Positions 48,206 to 60,370 of a stretch of DNA of 64,000 bases are shown here, in pieces. Source of the DNA: Camelus ferus (Eukaryota); NCBI RefSeq assembly GCF_009834535.1, contig NC_045696.1, positions 70,744,001 to 70,808,000 on the forward strand, given 5' to 3'. Every line of letters begins with the position of its first letter. Within the stretch, counting starts at the first letter, position 1. A program made the position numbers and the translations under genes. The notes under the pieces were generated by a model, which saw only the letters and a list, made by a program, of their open reading frames with translations, did not search any database and was not told where the DNA came from.

Positions 48206-50384
48206 TAGACTAGACATGGTAAATCTGGGTTTCACAGCCATCCTTTTGGACATCTATGATGGACACCCACACTAGCTTCTTCTTTCCACATCTTTGCTGA
48301 GAGAAGTGGGCAAAAGACTTTAAGCCATTTGGGGCCCACTCTCTTTCTGACCGCCTCACCACTATCCTGTTAGTTCTGGGGCAATGAACCCCTTCTCTGC
48401 CCAGATGGGCTGGGTGGCTGTGGACCCCAAGAGACCTGTGTGAGGGGAGGATATCTCCCAGTCCAAAGGGGTGGGCACAGCCTGAGAGTCTCCCCAGCCA
48501 AGGAGAGGGAAAGGCTCCCAGAGTCAAGTGGAGACAGGCCGTCCGTGCTCAAGAGCCCCTGTTAGCTGAAGGCTATTCCCAGCTTGGGCAGTTATGCAGG
48601 CTGGGACCTGGGGAGGCCTTTTGCGCGTTCTGGTTTTTACACCTCTCTCCAGCCTGGGTTCTGTTACTGCAGCCCAAGGACGAGGGGAAGGGAAGGGTGG
48701 GCTAAAGGCTTCCCTCCACCTTGGTTTCCGCCAGGATGTGGCTGTTTTGTTGAGCGGACATAAACCTAAAACGCCCCCCAGGTGTGTGGGCCAGTGTGTC
48801 TCAGGAGCTCTGAGGGTGGGAGAGAGGTGGGTTGCTGGAGCCCGCAGTAGGCTTTGTGAAGTGTGTGGTAGAAGAGGGGGTTGCCAGCTTGGGCTAAAAA
48901 CATTCCTGAGGCTGGGAACTCAGCTCCAAGTTGAAGAATTCTTGCCCACTTCCTTGCTGTCTGCACAGTCCCAACTGGCTGTGTGACTAGGGGAGAGGTT
49001 CTTGAACCAATTTGGGCCTCATGATGTTCCCTTGTATCCTAGAGAGTTGGATGAGACAGTCTCAGAGGTCCTTCAGCTATAGGTCCAGTCTTGTCAAAGT
49101 ACTTCACACCCCAGCTCTGTCCATAAGCCCACCACACCCAGCCCGCTTCAACCATCCTCTCTGCCTATAGGACCAGCACCCTCACCTGCGATGGCCTTGG
49201 TTCAAGGCCCAGTCTCAAAGCTAGTTCAGCTACAAAGCCCACCTGTGCTTGGCAGGCGGAAGTGACTTCTTCCTCCACTAGACTCCCATAGCCTTTGTCT
49301 ACCGTCTGCATTGAACTGTCAGACAGGAAGGTGCCAGATTTGGTGCCCTCACCACCTTGTTTGGACCTCATAGGCTTGAATCTCATTCACATTTTATCCC
49401 TCTTGGCAACCGGCATAGGCCTGGCAGAGGTGAAGTGAAGAGGGAGTGAATTTTACACCTGGAGAAACTGAGGCCCCGAGTAGTCAAGAGGCCAAGACTA
49501 GAGCCCAGATCTCCGGGCCCCCCATACATTGGCGCATGGTGCCAGGGCCAGAAAGACCTATTGTAACAGACTTTGCACCTGTGTCATCCTTACTTAAAGT
49601 CTCCCAGACTTGTGCATGAATGGACCTCTTGAAAGAAAAGCAATTCTCATAGCTCCTATCTGTGAGCTCTGAGCAGTTCACAGACCTGATTTGTGCAATA
49701 CCAACTAAAGGAACTGAAGTCTTATTACATGAAAATGTTTAACTGCAGAGACTTCTGTCTTTATAACTATTTTAATACTATTGAAATTTGAATCCAAATT
49801 TTTAAAGTATTCAGAGAATCTAGGAACTCTGAGAATAGGTACCATCCTAGCTCACAAATGAATTCACAGGAAGGCGTGAATGACTGATATCTGCTTTTCA
49901 CTGTGTTGCTAGGTCCCAGGGTAATTTGCATTTTTAAATGTACCCTTGGAAAGGACCATGCATAACTTACCAGGAGGCATTATAAGGTGAAATGGCAGTC
50001 CTTGGGTCACCCAGGATGGTGAGAGACTCTTGAAACCCTTCAAAAGAAGCTCTGTCCAGGACATCAGCTCATGCTGTGCTTAAGGTGGGAGCAGACTGCA
50101 CACACTCGGAAGGCCAGGGCAGGAGGCGTGTAAGGGAGGGTTGGGGTGGGGAGGTTCCAGGTCTCTGTTCCAGAAAAAGGATGGCTTCCCCAGATTTCCC
50201 TTCCAAATTGTCACTCTGCTTCCTAGTCAGCCCTGCTGATAAGGCTGGGCTCCCCCCAGCAATGCAGACAGGATCCCCACCCTCCCCCACCCCAGATACA
50301 CATAGATTCTTCCTCTAGGCTGCTCTCACACACTCTCTTCTCTGCAGAGATGAGGTAAAGCATTCAATTCCCATAGAAGACCAG

Positions 50385-51065
50385 GAACCCAGGAGATGTG
50401 CCTGGTTCTGAGACTTGCTGTGTAACGTTGGGCATGTACATTCTCTGTACCTTCCTTTCTTCGTCTATAACAAGAGATTTGGATTAGACGGTTTCAGAGG
50501 TCACTTCCAGCCCTGACCACTCTGCTATGCTAGTTCTCCTCTCCTTATGTCACGAAAGGTCCTGTGGTGATGTGGAAGTGGCAGGGGCTTCTGATTCATA
50601 CAAATATGAGTGCAAATTCTACTCAAGTTCTTTTTAGCTGGGTCATCTTAGCCAAGGTACCCAGCTTCTCTGAACTTCACTTTTCTCAAATTTAAATTAA
50701 GGATAATATCTTCTATTACATAGTCTTGTTGAAAGCATTAGAGACAAAAAACATAGTGTGCCTAGTTTGCTCTCAGTTAATGGTAGTTATTAGTATATTG
50801 GCTAAGGAAAGCTGTGAAAAGCCATGTGTGTAGTGGCTGAAAGCAGGGACATGGAAGTCCCACAGCCTGAGTCTGAATTCTAGTTTGGCCACTTTCTATC
50901 GTTGTCACCTTGCATAAGCAACTTAACTCTATACTTCCATGTCCTCATCTCTAAAATGGGAATAATCATTATACTTATCTCATAGAATTGCTGCAAGGGC
51001 AAAATTATTCAATAAATCGAACACTTAAGGCAATGTCATATAATAAGTACTCAAAAATATCAACT
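50385..51065 (+). mobile_element. Three tandem MIR copies
   Basis: MIR cores at about 50415 (ctgtgtaacgttgggcatg), 50635 (tagctgggtcatcttagccaag) and 50900 (gtcaccttgcataagcaacttaactc...ctcatctctaaaatgggaataat). Confidence 0.75.
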
Positions 51066-51619
51066 GTGTCATGAATAGCCTAGGGGGAGGTTTGTGGGTG
51101 GGTGTGTGGGTGGGGGGTGCTCTCACCACTCTCCATCTTCTCCCACCTCCACCTTTGCTAAGCTGAATCTGAAGTCCTATTCTCTTTCCATCATTCACCT
51201 CCACAGCCTATGGACCGACCAGTTTTCATCTAGCACTCAGAGCCTGGTGGCCCTCATCTTCCCTGGCTCTTTCAGGAAGCCCAACTCATTCCTAAGCCCT
51301 CCCTGAAACTGCCCTCCTCTGCCCCCTGCAGCCTGTTAGCTTGTTCCTGTAAACTCTGCGGAGCTAGACTTCACACAGCCTGTATGTGCCAAGGTAGTCA
51401 GCCCTTACGCAGAGCTCCGGGGCTGTCTGATCCACTAGAAGCATCGCAATGTGCTCAGAGAAAGGAATTGTGCTGCCTCTCTTATCTAGGTCCTGATAGC
51501 ATTCACTGACCTTAAGTTCTTCCTCAGAGCTGCTCTAAATTTCTGCTACTCATTCTTGAGCTCTTTTTCAGGTCTTTACAAAACAAAAGTGAAAAACTCT
51601 TTTTTGCTCACTAGATTGG

Positions 51620-52030
51620 ACAATATGTATACATTGTATGATACCCAGAGGCCAGGCTGTGAAAGAATGGGTACACTCATACTTTGATGGAGGGAACAGC
51701 TTCTTGGGAGGGAGGTTTAGGACTATCCATAAGAACTGAAAATAAGCATATCCTTGACCCACTGATGCCACTTCTAGGACTCTATCATGTAGAAGTATCT
51801 CTATCTGCTCAAAGATATTCTCACAAAGATGGATGTGCACTAAAGCACTATGACTGCAAAACTTGTAGGGGAAAAAGTAAGTAATAAACAGAATAACTAT
51901 ACAAAGGAGGACAACACAACTTTAAAAGGTGTGTGTGTGTGTGTATATATACACACACATATATGGAAACATTAAGCTAAAAATGGTACATTGCAGAAAA
52001 ATATATATGTTCTGATCTCATTTAGGGAAA
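51620..52030 (+). mobile_element. Old L1ME fragment
   Basis: actcatactttgatggaggg...aagcatatccttgacccactgatgccacttctagga. Confidence 0.65.
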
Positions 52031-52239
52031 AAAAGCCCACTCTTTCCCCCCACATCTCAGCTGGGTGGAGGCTTCCTGCAAGTTCAGGCTGGCTCAGGAC
52101 AGCCTGCACTGGGTCGAAAGCCCAGCCCCTTCCTTCCAGGCAAGTGGGTCAGCACCCCAGGATGGCCACACCCGGGGAAGGAAGGACTATTGAGGCCCCA
52201 GGGTCAGGACTCCTGCCCAGTGGAACAAAATGGTAGCAG

Positions 52240-52430
52240 CCTCCATTCTGAGGCAGACAGATGTGGGTTCAAATCAGGACTTCATCTCTTACCAGCTGAG
52301 TGACCTTGGACAAAGTTCCTCAGCACTCTGAGCCTCCACTTCCCCAACTATAAAATGGGATTAATAATACCTACTGGTGGGGAATTAAAAGAGACAATGT
52401 ATGGAAGGGTACAAGACGATCTCATAAATG
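52240..52430 (+). mobile_element. MIR SINE
   Basis: gacagatgtgggttcaaatc...cttaccagctgagtgaccttggacaa...ctataaaatgggattaataatacctac. Confidence 0.85.
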
Positions 52431-53334
52431 CCAGCCTCTCCCGGCCCCTCAAAGATTTCTTTTACTTTGCTTTCAAATTCCTGTAATTCAACCTCAACAG
52501 CACTCCTACTCATCAGCCCTTCCATCCTCCCCACCCTAATCCTGATTTGGTCTCCATGGTGGTTTCTTCCCAGGTCCATTTTCACTCCTCACTAGGTGAC
52601 CACACTGAGATCTCCTCCACCACTGAGTTGAGTAAGACTCATGAAGAGAGTTCTCTCTGGGTAAAAACATCCTCTCCTCCTCGCCCCACCCACCTCCCCA
52701 GTGTGTCTCCTTTTCCTTCCCACCTGTGTCCTAGCTCCCACCCTTAGGCCTTCTTCAGGACATAATCCCATCAGTCATCTCCCCTTTCTCTCCTTGGCAT
52801 CTTCAATCCATCCCTGCCCTCCACCCCCAACCTTATAATAAAGCTCAGATGGGTCCCATGGTAAAACACCCACTTCTCCAACCTGCTGCCCACCCCATCT
52901 CCCATCTTCTTTTACCACCAAACCACCTCCTTCTGACCCTCCTGCCACAAATCCGGGGACCTTTGTTTGGCCTCCTTCCTTGGGGCCCTCACTTTGACTT
53001 CTGGGCAACAGTGGAGACAGTTAGCCACAGGCCCTTGGAATCGCGCTCCTGGTTTTTGCGACTTGGATGCTCTGCAACGCCCAGGATTCTGCCCTGTGAT
53101 ACACCCCTCACACCTCCCGCAACCTGGCCCCTCTCTATCTTCCGAGATCAACCTGAGGGTCAGACTTCCATCTTGTTGCTGACAGAGTGACCGAGCTTGG
53201 GAAGAAAACGACCCGTGTTCTCTCTTTTTCAGAGTAGAACACTTAAGCCCAATAACATCCTCAAGTAACTTCCCCAAGGCCACACAGCGCGTGAGCAGAG
53301 CCCTGCAGGTTTTTTTTTTTTATCACGGAATCAA

Positions 53335-54245
53335 GTGCTTCCGGAACTTTCCCGCTCTCCGGAACTTCTTCCTTTCTACTCTGCACACTTTCTCCGCCCT
53401 AGAAAAGCCCAGCCAGGTGCATGTTAGCATAAAGACGTCCGTAATTAGCCTCCATTTCCGCCGGGTGGGTCATACACCGCTGCCTGGGTCCCAGCCTCTG
53501 GCCCGCGCACCCCCACCCCCTTATTCCTCGGCCGCGGGAATCCCGAGCACCGGCCCCGAGACGGGGCAGGAAGCGTTCGCAGAGGCTAGGCCCCTGCCCC
53601 ACCCTGGCCAGCCGTCCCGGGACCCCACCTACGGTCTGTTTTCCTTCGCCTCCCGGCGCACGCAGCTCGCGCCTCCCGAGCGTGGGAGGGTTTGATTGAC
53701 CTTGGCAAGAGGCAGCCAAGCTCTCAAAGGCCTCGGCCCCTTGCGGCCGCTCGGCGCCGGGGCTCCAGTTTTTGCCCCCACCATCTCTGTTTCTCGCCTG
53801 GCCGGGGCCCGGGGGAGGGGAGCTGGCAGGAGCCCACTTCGACCCTCGGCAGCAGCGCTCCGCTGCCGGAGACGAGATCTGATGAGAATGTCTTCCTGCA
53901 AATTAAGCCTTCTCGGGATTCTTCATCCGGTGCCGGAGGCGAGCCCGGCGCTCGGGGAGCCAGTCCTGGGGGCAGCGCGGGCGCAGCAGCGGTAGAGAGG
54001 GCTCAGCACCCCTCCCTGTGTCCCCATCCCTCCCGCCTGCACCCATGGTTGGCCGGCTCAGGGTCGGAGGGTAGAGCCCAACTACCAAGGCCTCCCAGAG
54101 AGAGTGCCAGCCGTGCCCCTCTGCCCGACTCGGGCTGCCCAAAGTGGCCGAGCACCTCTCCCCCTTCTCCCGCTTACCGGTGGGGAGACACCCTCCTGGG
54201 CCCTAGAGGAGAGACCCCTGGGGTCCAATCCAGTTTCTGCCTCGA
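53335..54245. promoter_or_regulatory. CpG island 1
   Basis: Abrupt rise in GC and CpG density; ETS-like CTTCCGG, kB-like GGAACTTTCCC and GGGAATCCC, PBX-like TGATTGAC, GTAATTAG. Confidence 0.75.
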
Positions 54246-54679
54246 GACAGCAGTGGTACTTGGACGATTGCTTCTCTGTTTCTCCAGGTGTTAAAAGGGG
54301 GTGACAGTACTTTTTGGTTGGCTCTCGTGAGCATTCATGATCCTACATGCCAAGAACCCGCCACAGGTTCCCAAGACATAGTAAGCCAAAGGCCCTACCC
54401 AGCATGACCCTCGAGCTTCAGGAACTCTGGGAACTCCCACCCCAATGTTTGCAAACGTTTCCACCTTCGTTTTTCTGTGAAAACGATCTGAAGCTTTCAC
54501 TCTTAGAGAAGTCTGCAAGGGGTACAAGAGTTTCAAGTATATTTGGAAGAGCAAGAGGTAGAATTCTGGAACATGACGCTATCCTGGAAAAATCATAGAC
54601 TCTAGGAAAATAAAAAGCAAATGTCCTAACGCAAGAACTTGGCCTAACACTGACTGCAGTCATGTAGGCTATGAATTTC

Positions 54680-54842
54680 GTTATTGTTTAATAACTATTA
54701 TTATCCCCATTTCACAGACGAGGGAACTGTAGCTCAAGTGATTCCTCAAGGATTACAGAATTGTTTAAACAGCAAGGTTCCAAGTTGAACCCAGCTTCTC
54801 CAATTCCAAATCCTGTTCTCTTCTTTGCTACCCCACACTGCC
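54680..54842 (-). mobile_element. MIR fragment
   Basis: attattatccccatttcacagacgagggaactgtagctca...ttgaaccca. Confidence 0.75.
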
Positions 54843-55319
54843 TTTGGACAATACTATTTTGTACTGTTTATAGTTTCTGCATTTATCACTTTTTTTTCTT
54901 AGTATTGGTGATTTTTTTAAAGATTCCAGCCTGTTTTAACTGCACTGAAGGAAGACAAAGAGGAAAGTGTGTGTTTGCACTTGCTTCCAGATTCAAAATA
55001 CCAAGCAGGGTGTTGGGGTGGGGTGGCAGGGATCAAGTGGCAGGGATGGTGAGATTCCAGGAGCTGGAGCGGCAGGGCATCTTGGGAAGCCCCTAAGGAG
55101 CCCCTCTGGTTCTAACCATGAAGCGTTGGTGCCTGAAACACAGTCCTCCCACGCTTCCCACACTAGGGATCCAGGAAGGGCTGTAAGTGCCCAGCCCCAG
55201 GCCTGCCCAGCTCTGTGGTAAGAAGGATGCTTGGCCCAGAGGTGGTCCAGCACTAGGCTGCTCGCCTCGGGGGTAGCTTCCTGGCAGCCAGGGCAGTACA
55301 CACCTCTGGGAGGACACAC

Positions 55320-55745
55320 AGAGAGGCATTCAGAGATTGAGACAGGGAGAGAAAAGGTGGGGAGGAAGCACTAGAATAAGAAGGAGAGACAGGAACCCAG
55401 AGGGGAACAAGGGAGCTATTCAGAGTTAGAGAGGGGAGGCCGCTGGGGAGAGAAAGAAAAGACAGAGGAAAAGGGGAGAAAAAAGAAACAATCAGGCAAG
55501 GGGCGGGGGGGGGGGAGCAGGAGGAGGGGAGACAGAGCAGAGAGGGAGAGAGTGGAGAAGAGGCAAAGCAGAGAGTAGCGAGAAAGGGAGAGGCATGAAG
55601 GAAAGAGAAGAGGAGAGGAGAAGAAAGGAAGGAGAGAAGGAGGGTAGAGGAGGAAGAGGAGGAGAGCCGAGAGGACCAGGGGAGGAGGGAAGAGGCAGTG
55701 ACAAGAACTGGGAGAGGGAGGGGATAGAGCTAGCGGCGAGGAGGA
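55320..55745. repeat. Polypurine (GA-rich) tract
   Basis: About 420 bp dominated by A/G on the + strand. Confidence 0.85.
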
Positions 55746-56570
55746 GGGCTGTGGGGCCGGAGGGTGGGACCGTGTACTAAGCCTTTTCTTTCTCTTTTTT
55801 GGGGTGGGCGGCGGATCTCTGCCGAGATAACCCAGCCAAGCCCCCTGCCCCGCGTCCCAGCGAGGGGCCGCAGCTGTATAAATATCGGGGGTTGGGGAGC
55901 GGGGCTGCTGCCCAGGGGTCAGCGACACCGGAGAAGGCTTTGCTGTCATTAGCTAATTGAGCCCCAGATGTTAAGAAAAGGTTACGTCCTCCTCCGGAGA
56001 GTTTTTCTTTTTAAACACTTTACACAGATTCCCCAGCCAAAATGGCCGGGAGGCGCCGGGGCCCGCACCCACCCCACACCCAGCCCACTCCCCCCGTCCC
56101 ACTCCCCAGGGCCCCAGGCCCCCGGGCTCCCGGAAGCCGCCAGCCGCGGCCGCTGCCCCTGTAATCCCAGTGGCCTGCCCGGAGGCGCGGCGGGCAGGAG
56201 CCGGGACCACCGGCGGCGGAGCCAGCCCCCAGCCGGGGCCGCCGACTGGGAGGTCAGCCCAGAGGGAGGGCGGCGGGGAGCGGGGGACCCCGGGGAGAGG
56301 GGCTCTCAGGCTCTTAATCCCCCTGAAGGTTGCAGATCAAAGGCGCTAGCGCAGAAGCAGAGGCGGTGCGGGTGGGGGGCGGGAGCTGGCTCTGGCCGCA
56401 GCCCTCCCCTCAACCCCATGGGCTGGGTCTCCCGGCCCAGGACCCCAGGCTGCCAGCCCAGGGGGAAGGGGCTCCGGCTGCAGGGTGAGGACCGCAGGCC
56501 CACGGGAAAGCCGGCCAAGCGCCCCCACAGTGCCTTCATGGAACTTCCCCCTCCCGGGGGGCTGAGGGAA
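55730..56570 (+). promoter_or_regulatory. CpG island 2 with TATA box (candidate Pol II promoter)
   Basis: GC-box-like GGGGTGGGCGG near 55801, AGATAA, E-box CAGCTG abutting TATAAATA (55877-55884), ATTAGCTAATTG downstream, TAATCC twice; high CpG density. Strand is inferred from the TATA only. Confidence 0.6.
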
Positions 56571-57107
56571 AGGTGTGTGTCCTTCCCACCTCCAGAGAAC
56601 AAAACTCCAGAATGCCAGACACTTGACATATATTCTTTCATTTACTTTTCACAATAATCTAATGGGGTTTTAAAAATTATTATTATTGGTTCATAAGCGA
56701 GGAAATAGGCGTCCGAGAGGTTAAAGCCACTTGCCCAAGGACACACATCTTTAGGAAGTAGCAGGGCGAAAATTAATTCCACAGGGCTCAAGGCCCTGCC
56801 TTGCCCTTACCCCTCACTACTCTCCTCTAGCCCTTCTATCCTTACCTCTTCTCTCCCATCCTATCCTCCTCCTCTGTCCTCCCAGACTCCTTCAGCCCCC
56901 AAGAAGGGAGCCACCCACCTGTGGCCCTGACAAGTGGGGTGGAGTGGGGGTACAGCTTGTGCCAAGGGCGCGGCCAATGTGGCAACACCTACAGGCTAAA
57001 TGTGCGGGATGGGGCTGGGCAAGCATGTGCCTGGGTTGAATCTGAGCTGAAAGAATGTTCATGCTGCCCCTGCCCCAGAGGTGGAGCTCCCTGCTCAGAA
57101 TAGAACC

Positions 57108-57452
57108 GAGCAAGTCAGAGCTGGAAGGGGCCTTGGAGATGAACTGATCCAGCCCTCTTGTTTGACAGATAAAGCTGAGCCCCAGAGAGGTGATGTGTCC
57201 TCCCCAAGATCACACAGCTGTTTGGTGGCAGAGCAGGAATAAGAGCCCAAGAAGTGCCCTTGACTGAGTGCCTTGGTGTCTCACACTGGAATAGCTCTGC
57301 ACACCTGATCTTGTTTAGCCCTTCAGCAACACTACAAGGTGAAGATTATCATCTGTGTTCTAGACATGAGGAAACTGAAGTGTGGAGAAGCTAAGGGTAC
57401 CCCAGGTCTCCCATCTAGAACGTGATAGAGCTGGTTTCGAACCCAGACCTTC
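57108..57452 (-). mobile_element. Two antisense MIR fragments
   Basis: cagagctggaaggggccttggagat...cccaagatcacacagct; then ctagacatgaggaaactgaag...tttcgaacccagac. Confidence 0.75.
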
Positions 57453-57974
57453 CTAAAAACTTCCCTTTCCATGCCCCCAGGATACTGGGGCTAAGGAGTA
57501 GGGATTGAGGGATGGAGAGGGTATCATGAGCTCAACAGCTCTGGAGACACAAGGGAAAGAGGACATAGGCTGGGAAAAGTCCTTTCCTACAACTTTAGAT
57601 TGACCCTCCATGGCTTCCCTGAGTGGACCAAATACTGAGGTGCTTCCAGAATTCCCTTTTGAGTGTCAGTGGTGGGGTGGGTAGAATTGGCTCGTGGCCC
57701 TTCTGGATTGTGAGGGTATGGAAATGCAGGAGAGGCTTTAATTTACAGGCTCCCTCTGATTTCCTGCCTAGGGGAGGCTGTGGTTCAGGTCTAGGCCCTA
57801 CAGCTTGGCTGTTTCATCCCCAACCCACACCTGGCTTCTCAAGGGGCACCGTCAATGCCATCTCACCCCAGCTCCATAGACAGACTCCAAAAGCTTCATC
57901 CTGATACCTCTCTCCCTTCTCAGCTTCCTTCTATGGCCCTGCCCCACCTCTTCTTAGCTTCTCACTGACTCCAT

Positions 57975-58200
57975 TTCACTCATTCATCCATAAATACATT
58001 CCACAAAAATTTGTCACATATGGACTATGTGTCAAGGCACTGGGCCAAGCACTGGGGATACAGCAGGAAGTAGACTGCCCTTTTGGCGCTTGCAGTCTAG
58101 CAAGAATGCAGAATTAATCAAACAAATATGTAAATAAATATATAATTTCAAATTGGTGTTAGGAAGCAAAGTACCAGGAGTTTTGAGAAGTTATAACAAT
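57975..58200 (-). mobile_element. L2 3' end (antisense)
   Basis: ttcactcattcatcc...ctatgtgtcaaggcactgggccaagcactggggatacagcag. Confidence 0.8.
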
Positions 58201-58654
58201 AAGAGGTCTGTATGTATGAGATGATTATTGAGACAATAGAGACTAAAGATTATTATTACTTACAATTACCCAAACTGGAGGGCTGAGGCAATCATGCCCA
58301 CATACCACCTGCAATTCTAGGGTGGGTCACAACCCAGTCTGTCCCTGAGGGCCCAGCTGACATGGGTGAGAGTGAGATGATTAGATGGTGGCCCCAATGC
58401 TGACAGTCCCCTCTGCTACCCAGCTTGGGATGAAGCGGTGCCCAGTTCAGAGGTGGTGAGGAGGCTGGGGGCACCTCTGGGCTGGGTCTGGAGGAACAGA
58501 CCATGTGCCCAGCTGATGGGTGTGTGAGCCTCTGACATCACTCCAGGGAGAAATCCCTCCCTGCTCTGCCTTCTAACCAGGTCCTCCATTGGCACTCACA
58601 CGTACTCTGGCACTCTCCTCCACTCTTTAGGGAAGAGCTGGACAAGACTGTGAA

Positions 58655-58900
58655 AAGTGTAATAGAGCTAGACAGGCCCTGCCTTGAGGTCAGGCAACCT
58701 TGGGCTCAAACCCCACTTCAGCCAGTTCCTGACTGTGTGACCTCCAGCAAGCTCTTGGTGTCCTTGAGCTTCCTGTCCCCTCTCTGTTCTTGGAGAGAGA
58801 GAAAAAGAGCCTGGCCATGTATGGCTGCGAGGAATTGATGAGCTCAGGCATGGAAAGCACCGAATATAGTGTCTGGCCCCATGGTTCACCATTAATAAAT
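58655..58900 (+). mobile_element. MIR SINE
   Basis: ccttgggctcaaaccccacttcagccagttcctgactgtgtgacctccagcaag...ggaaagcaccgaatatagtgtctggc. Confidence 0.75.
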
Positions 58901-59644
58901 GACAGCTGGTCGCTCTGATTATATAACAGGATAATTAATATATAATGATAATAAAAGAAACCTCACTCATGCCCTCTGGGCTCCCACCTGGTTCCCTGAG
59001 CCCCTCTGGGAGGTCACTCCCACAGTCGACCTCCTGTGAGAAAGAGTTTTACAGCTCCATGAAAATCATCTTAGCAACTGCAGAACCTCTTGAGGTCAAG
59101 GCAGGACACACAGTAGGTGCTCAGCATTGACTGGGTAGTTGGGAAGAGGTGGGAAGTTAGAGTCTGGGAGACGCCCAAGTATGCTGCTAGGGGCAGTGCC
59201 TCCTGGCTCCAAACCCCAGGCTCTCTGAGCCCCAGGCGGGCTGCCCCACCATACTGGGTAGCGCCTGGCCCAGCTCTATGCTCTTCATAGGCAAAGCACC
59301 AGGCTGGAGAGGTCTGGCCTAGATGAGCCTTCCCAGCCAGCCAGGCAGAGTCCCAGCCACGGCCACCGCGCCTGCTCCAGCCGCTGCAGGGCACAGTGCA
59401 CACCTGGAACCCATTAGGCCTGGCCAGGAGCTTGTTCCCTCTCAGCATAAATAGAGTGAAGGGTTTGTTTTGACTACTTTAAATTGTGCAGATTTTAGGG
59501 CCTGAGAATTGGAAGCCCCCAGTGCCCTGATGGACAAACAGACTAAGGGACAGAGGGCTGAGGCAGCAGGAAGAGTCCAGTCTGGTTCCGGTTACTTGTC
59601 ACCGACTGCTTAGCTGGGTGAGGATCATCACAGCCACACTCCAT

Positions 59645-59822
59645 GGAGTGCATGCTGTGGGCATGATGCTTACATATGTGTCCTACCTCCCAGCAACCAT
59701 GCAGGGTAAAAATTAAGAGTCCCTGACTTCTGGATGAGGAGAGGCAGTGACTTGCCCAAGGTCACTCGGCTAGTGTGTGGCAGATCTGGATTCCATACCA
59801 AGCTTGTCTGATGCCAAGGCTT
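59645..59822 (-). mobile_element. MIR fragment
   Basis: agtgacttgcccaaggtcactcggctagtgtgtggcagatctggattc. Confidence 0.75.
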
Positions 59823-60224
59823 TCCAGGGACCATCAAGACTGCAGTGGGGTGGGGCAGAGCCCTGTGTCACTGTCGGGAACTCAAGACACACACAACTAC
59901 AGTTGCTCAGACCCTCACCCCCGCCAGAGGACAGGAGTCTGAACCTCTGCACTGGGCTCCTTCTCCCAAGTCGCCAGCTCCTGACCTCAACTGCCCCAGG
60001 CAGTTGTGCCCCCCAGGTCAGGGTCAGGTTGACCTTGGCAGGAGGGAGAGTTTGTGGGCGCTGGGCTGCTGCCAAGGCCTCACGAAATGAAAGGGAACCT
60101 TGTCCATTCCCACACAGGGCCCATTCTCTGAGCATCTCGAGCCAGCCCAGCCCCCATGGAGGGACCTGATCCCTCTTCTCCAGCTATTCATAGACTCACG
60201 GAAGAGCATCCGTTGCCAGGGGCA

Positions 60225-60370
60225 GGGCCCTTAGACGTCCCCAGGCCCAGCCCATAAAGTTTACAGTTATGGAAACTGAGGCCCAGGGAAAGGAAGGACT
60301 CCCTCAAGGCCACACAGTGAGTTAATGGCAGAGCAAAAACCCAGACCATTGCTTCCGAGGCCTAAACCTT
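60225..60370 (-). mobile_element. MIR fragment
   Basis: tttacagttatggaaactgaggcccaggga...caaggccacacagtgagttaatggcagag. Confidence 0.75.

Noticed and set aside
47273..48275. Gly/Asp-, Val/Met- and Thr/Ile-rich ORFs resembling mucin or glycine-rich proteins
   Set aside because: Open in several frames on both strands because of the trinucleotide repeat; no splice or promoter support.
53291..54304. Stacked 90-200 aa ORFs over CpG island 1
   Set aside because: GC-composition artefact; no domain or exon structure recognised.
55968..56657. 229-aa ORF starting downstream of the TATA box (longest in the window)
   Set aside because: Gly/Pro/Arg/Ala-rich with no recognisable domain; long stop-free frames are expected in GC-rich islands, and overlapping ORFs occur on both strands.
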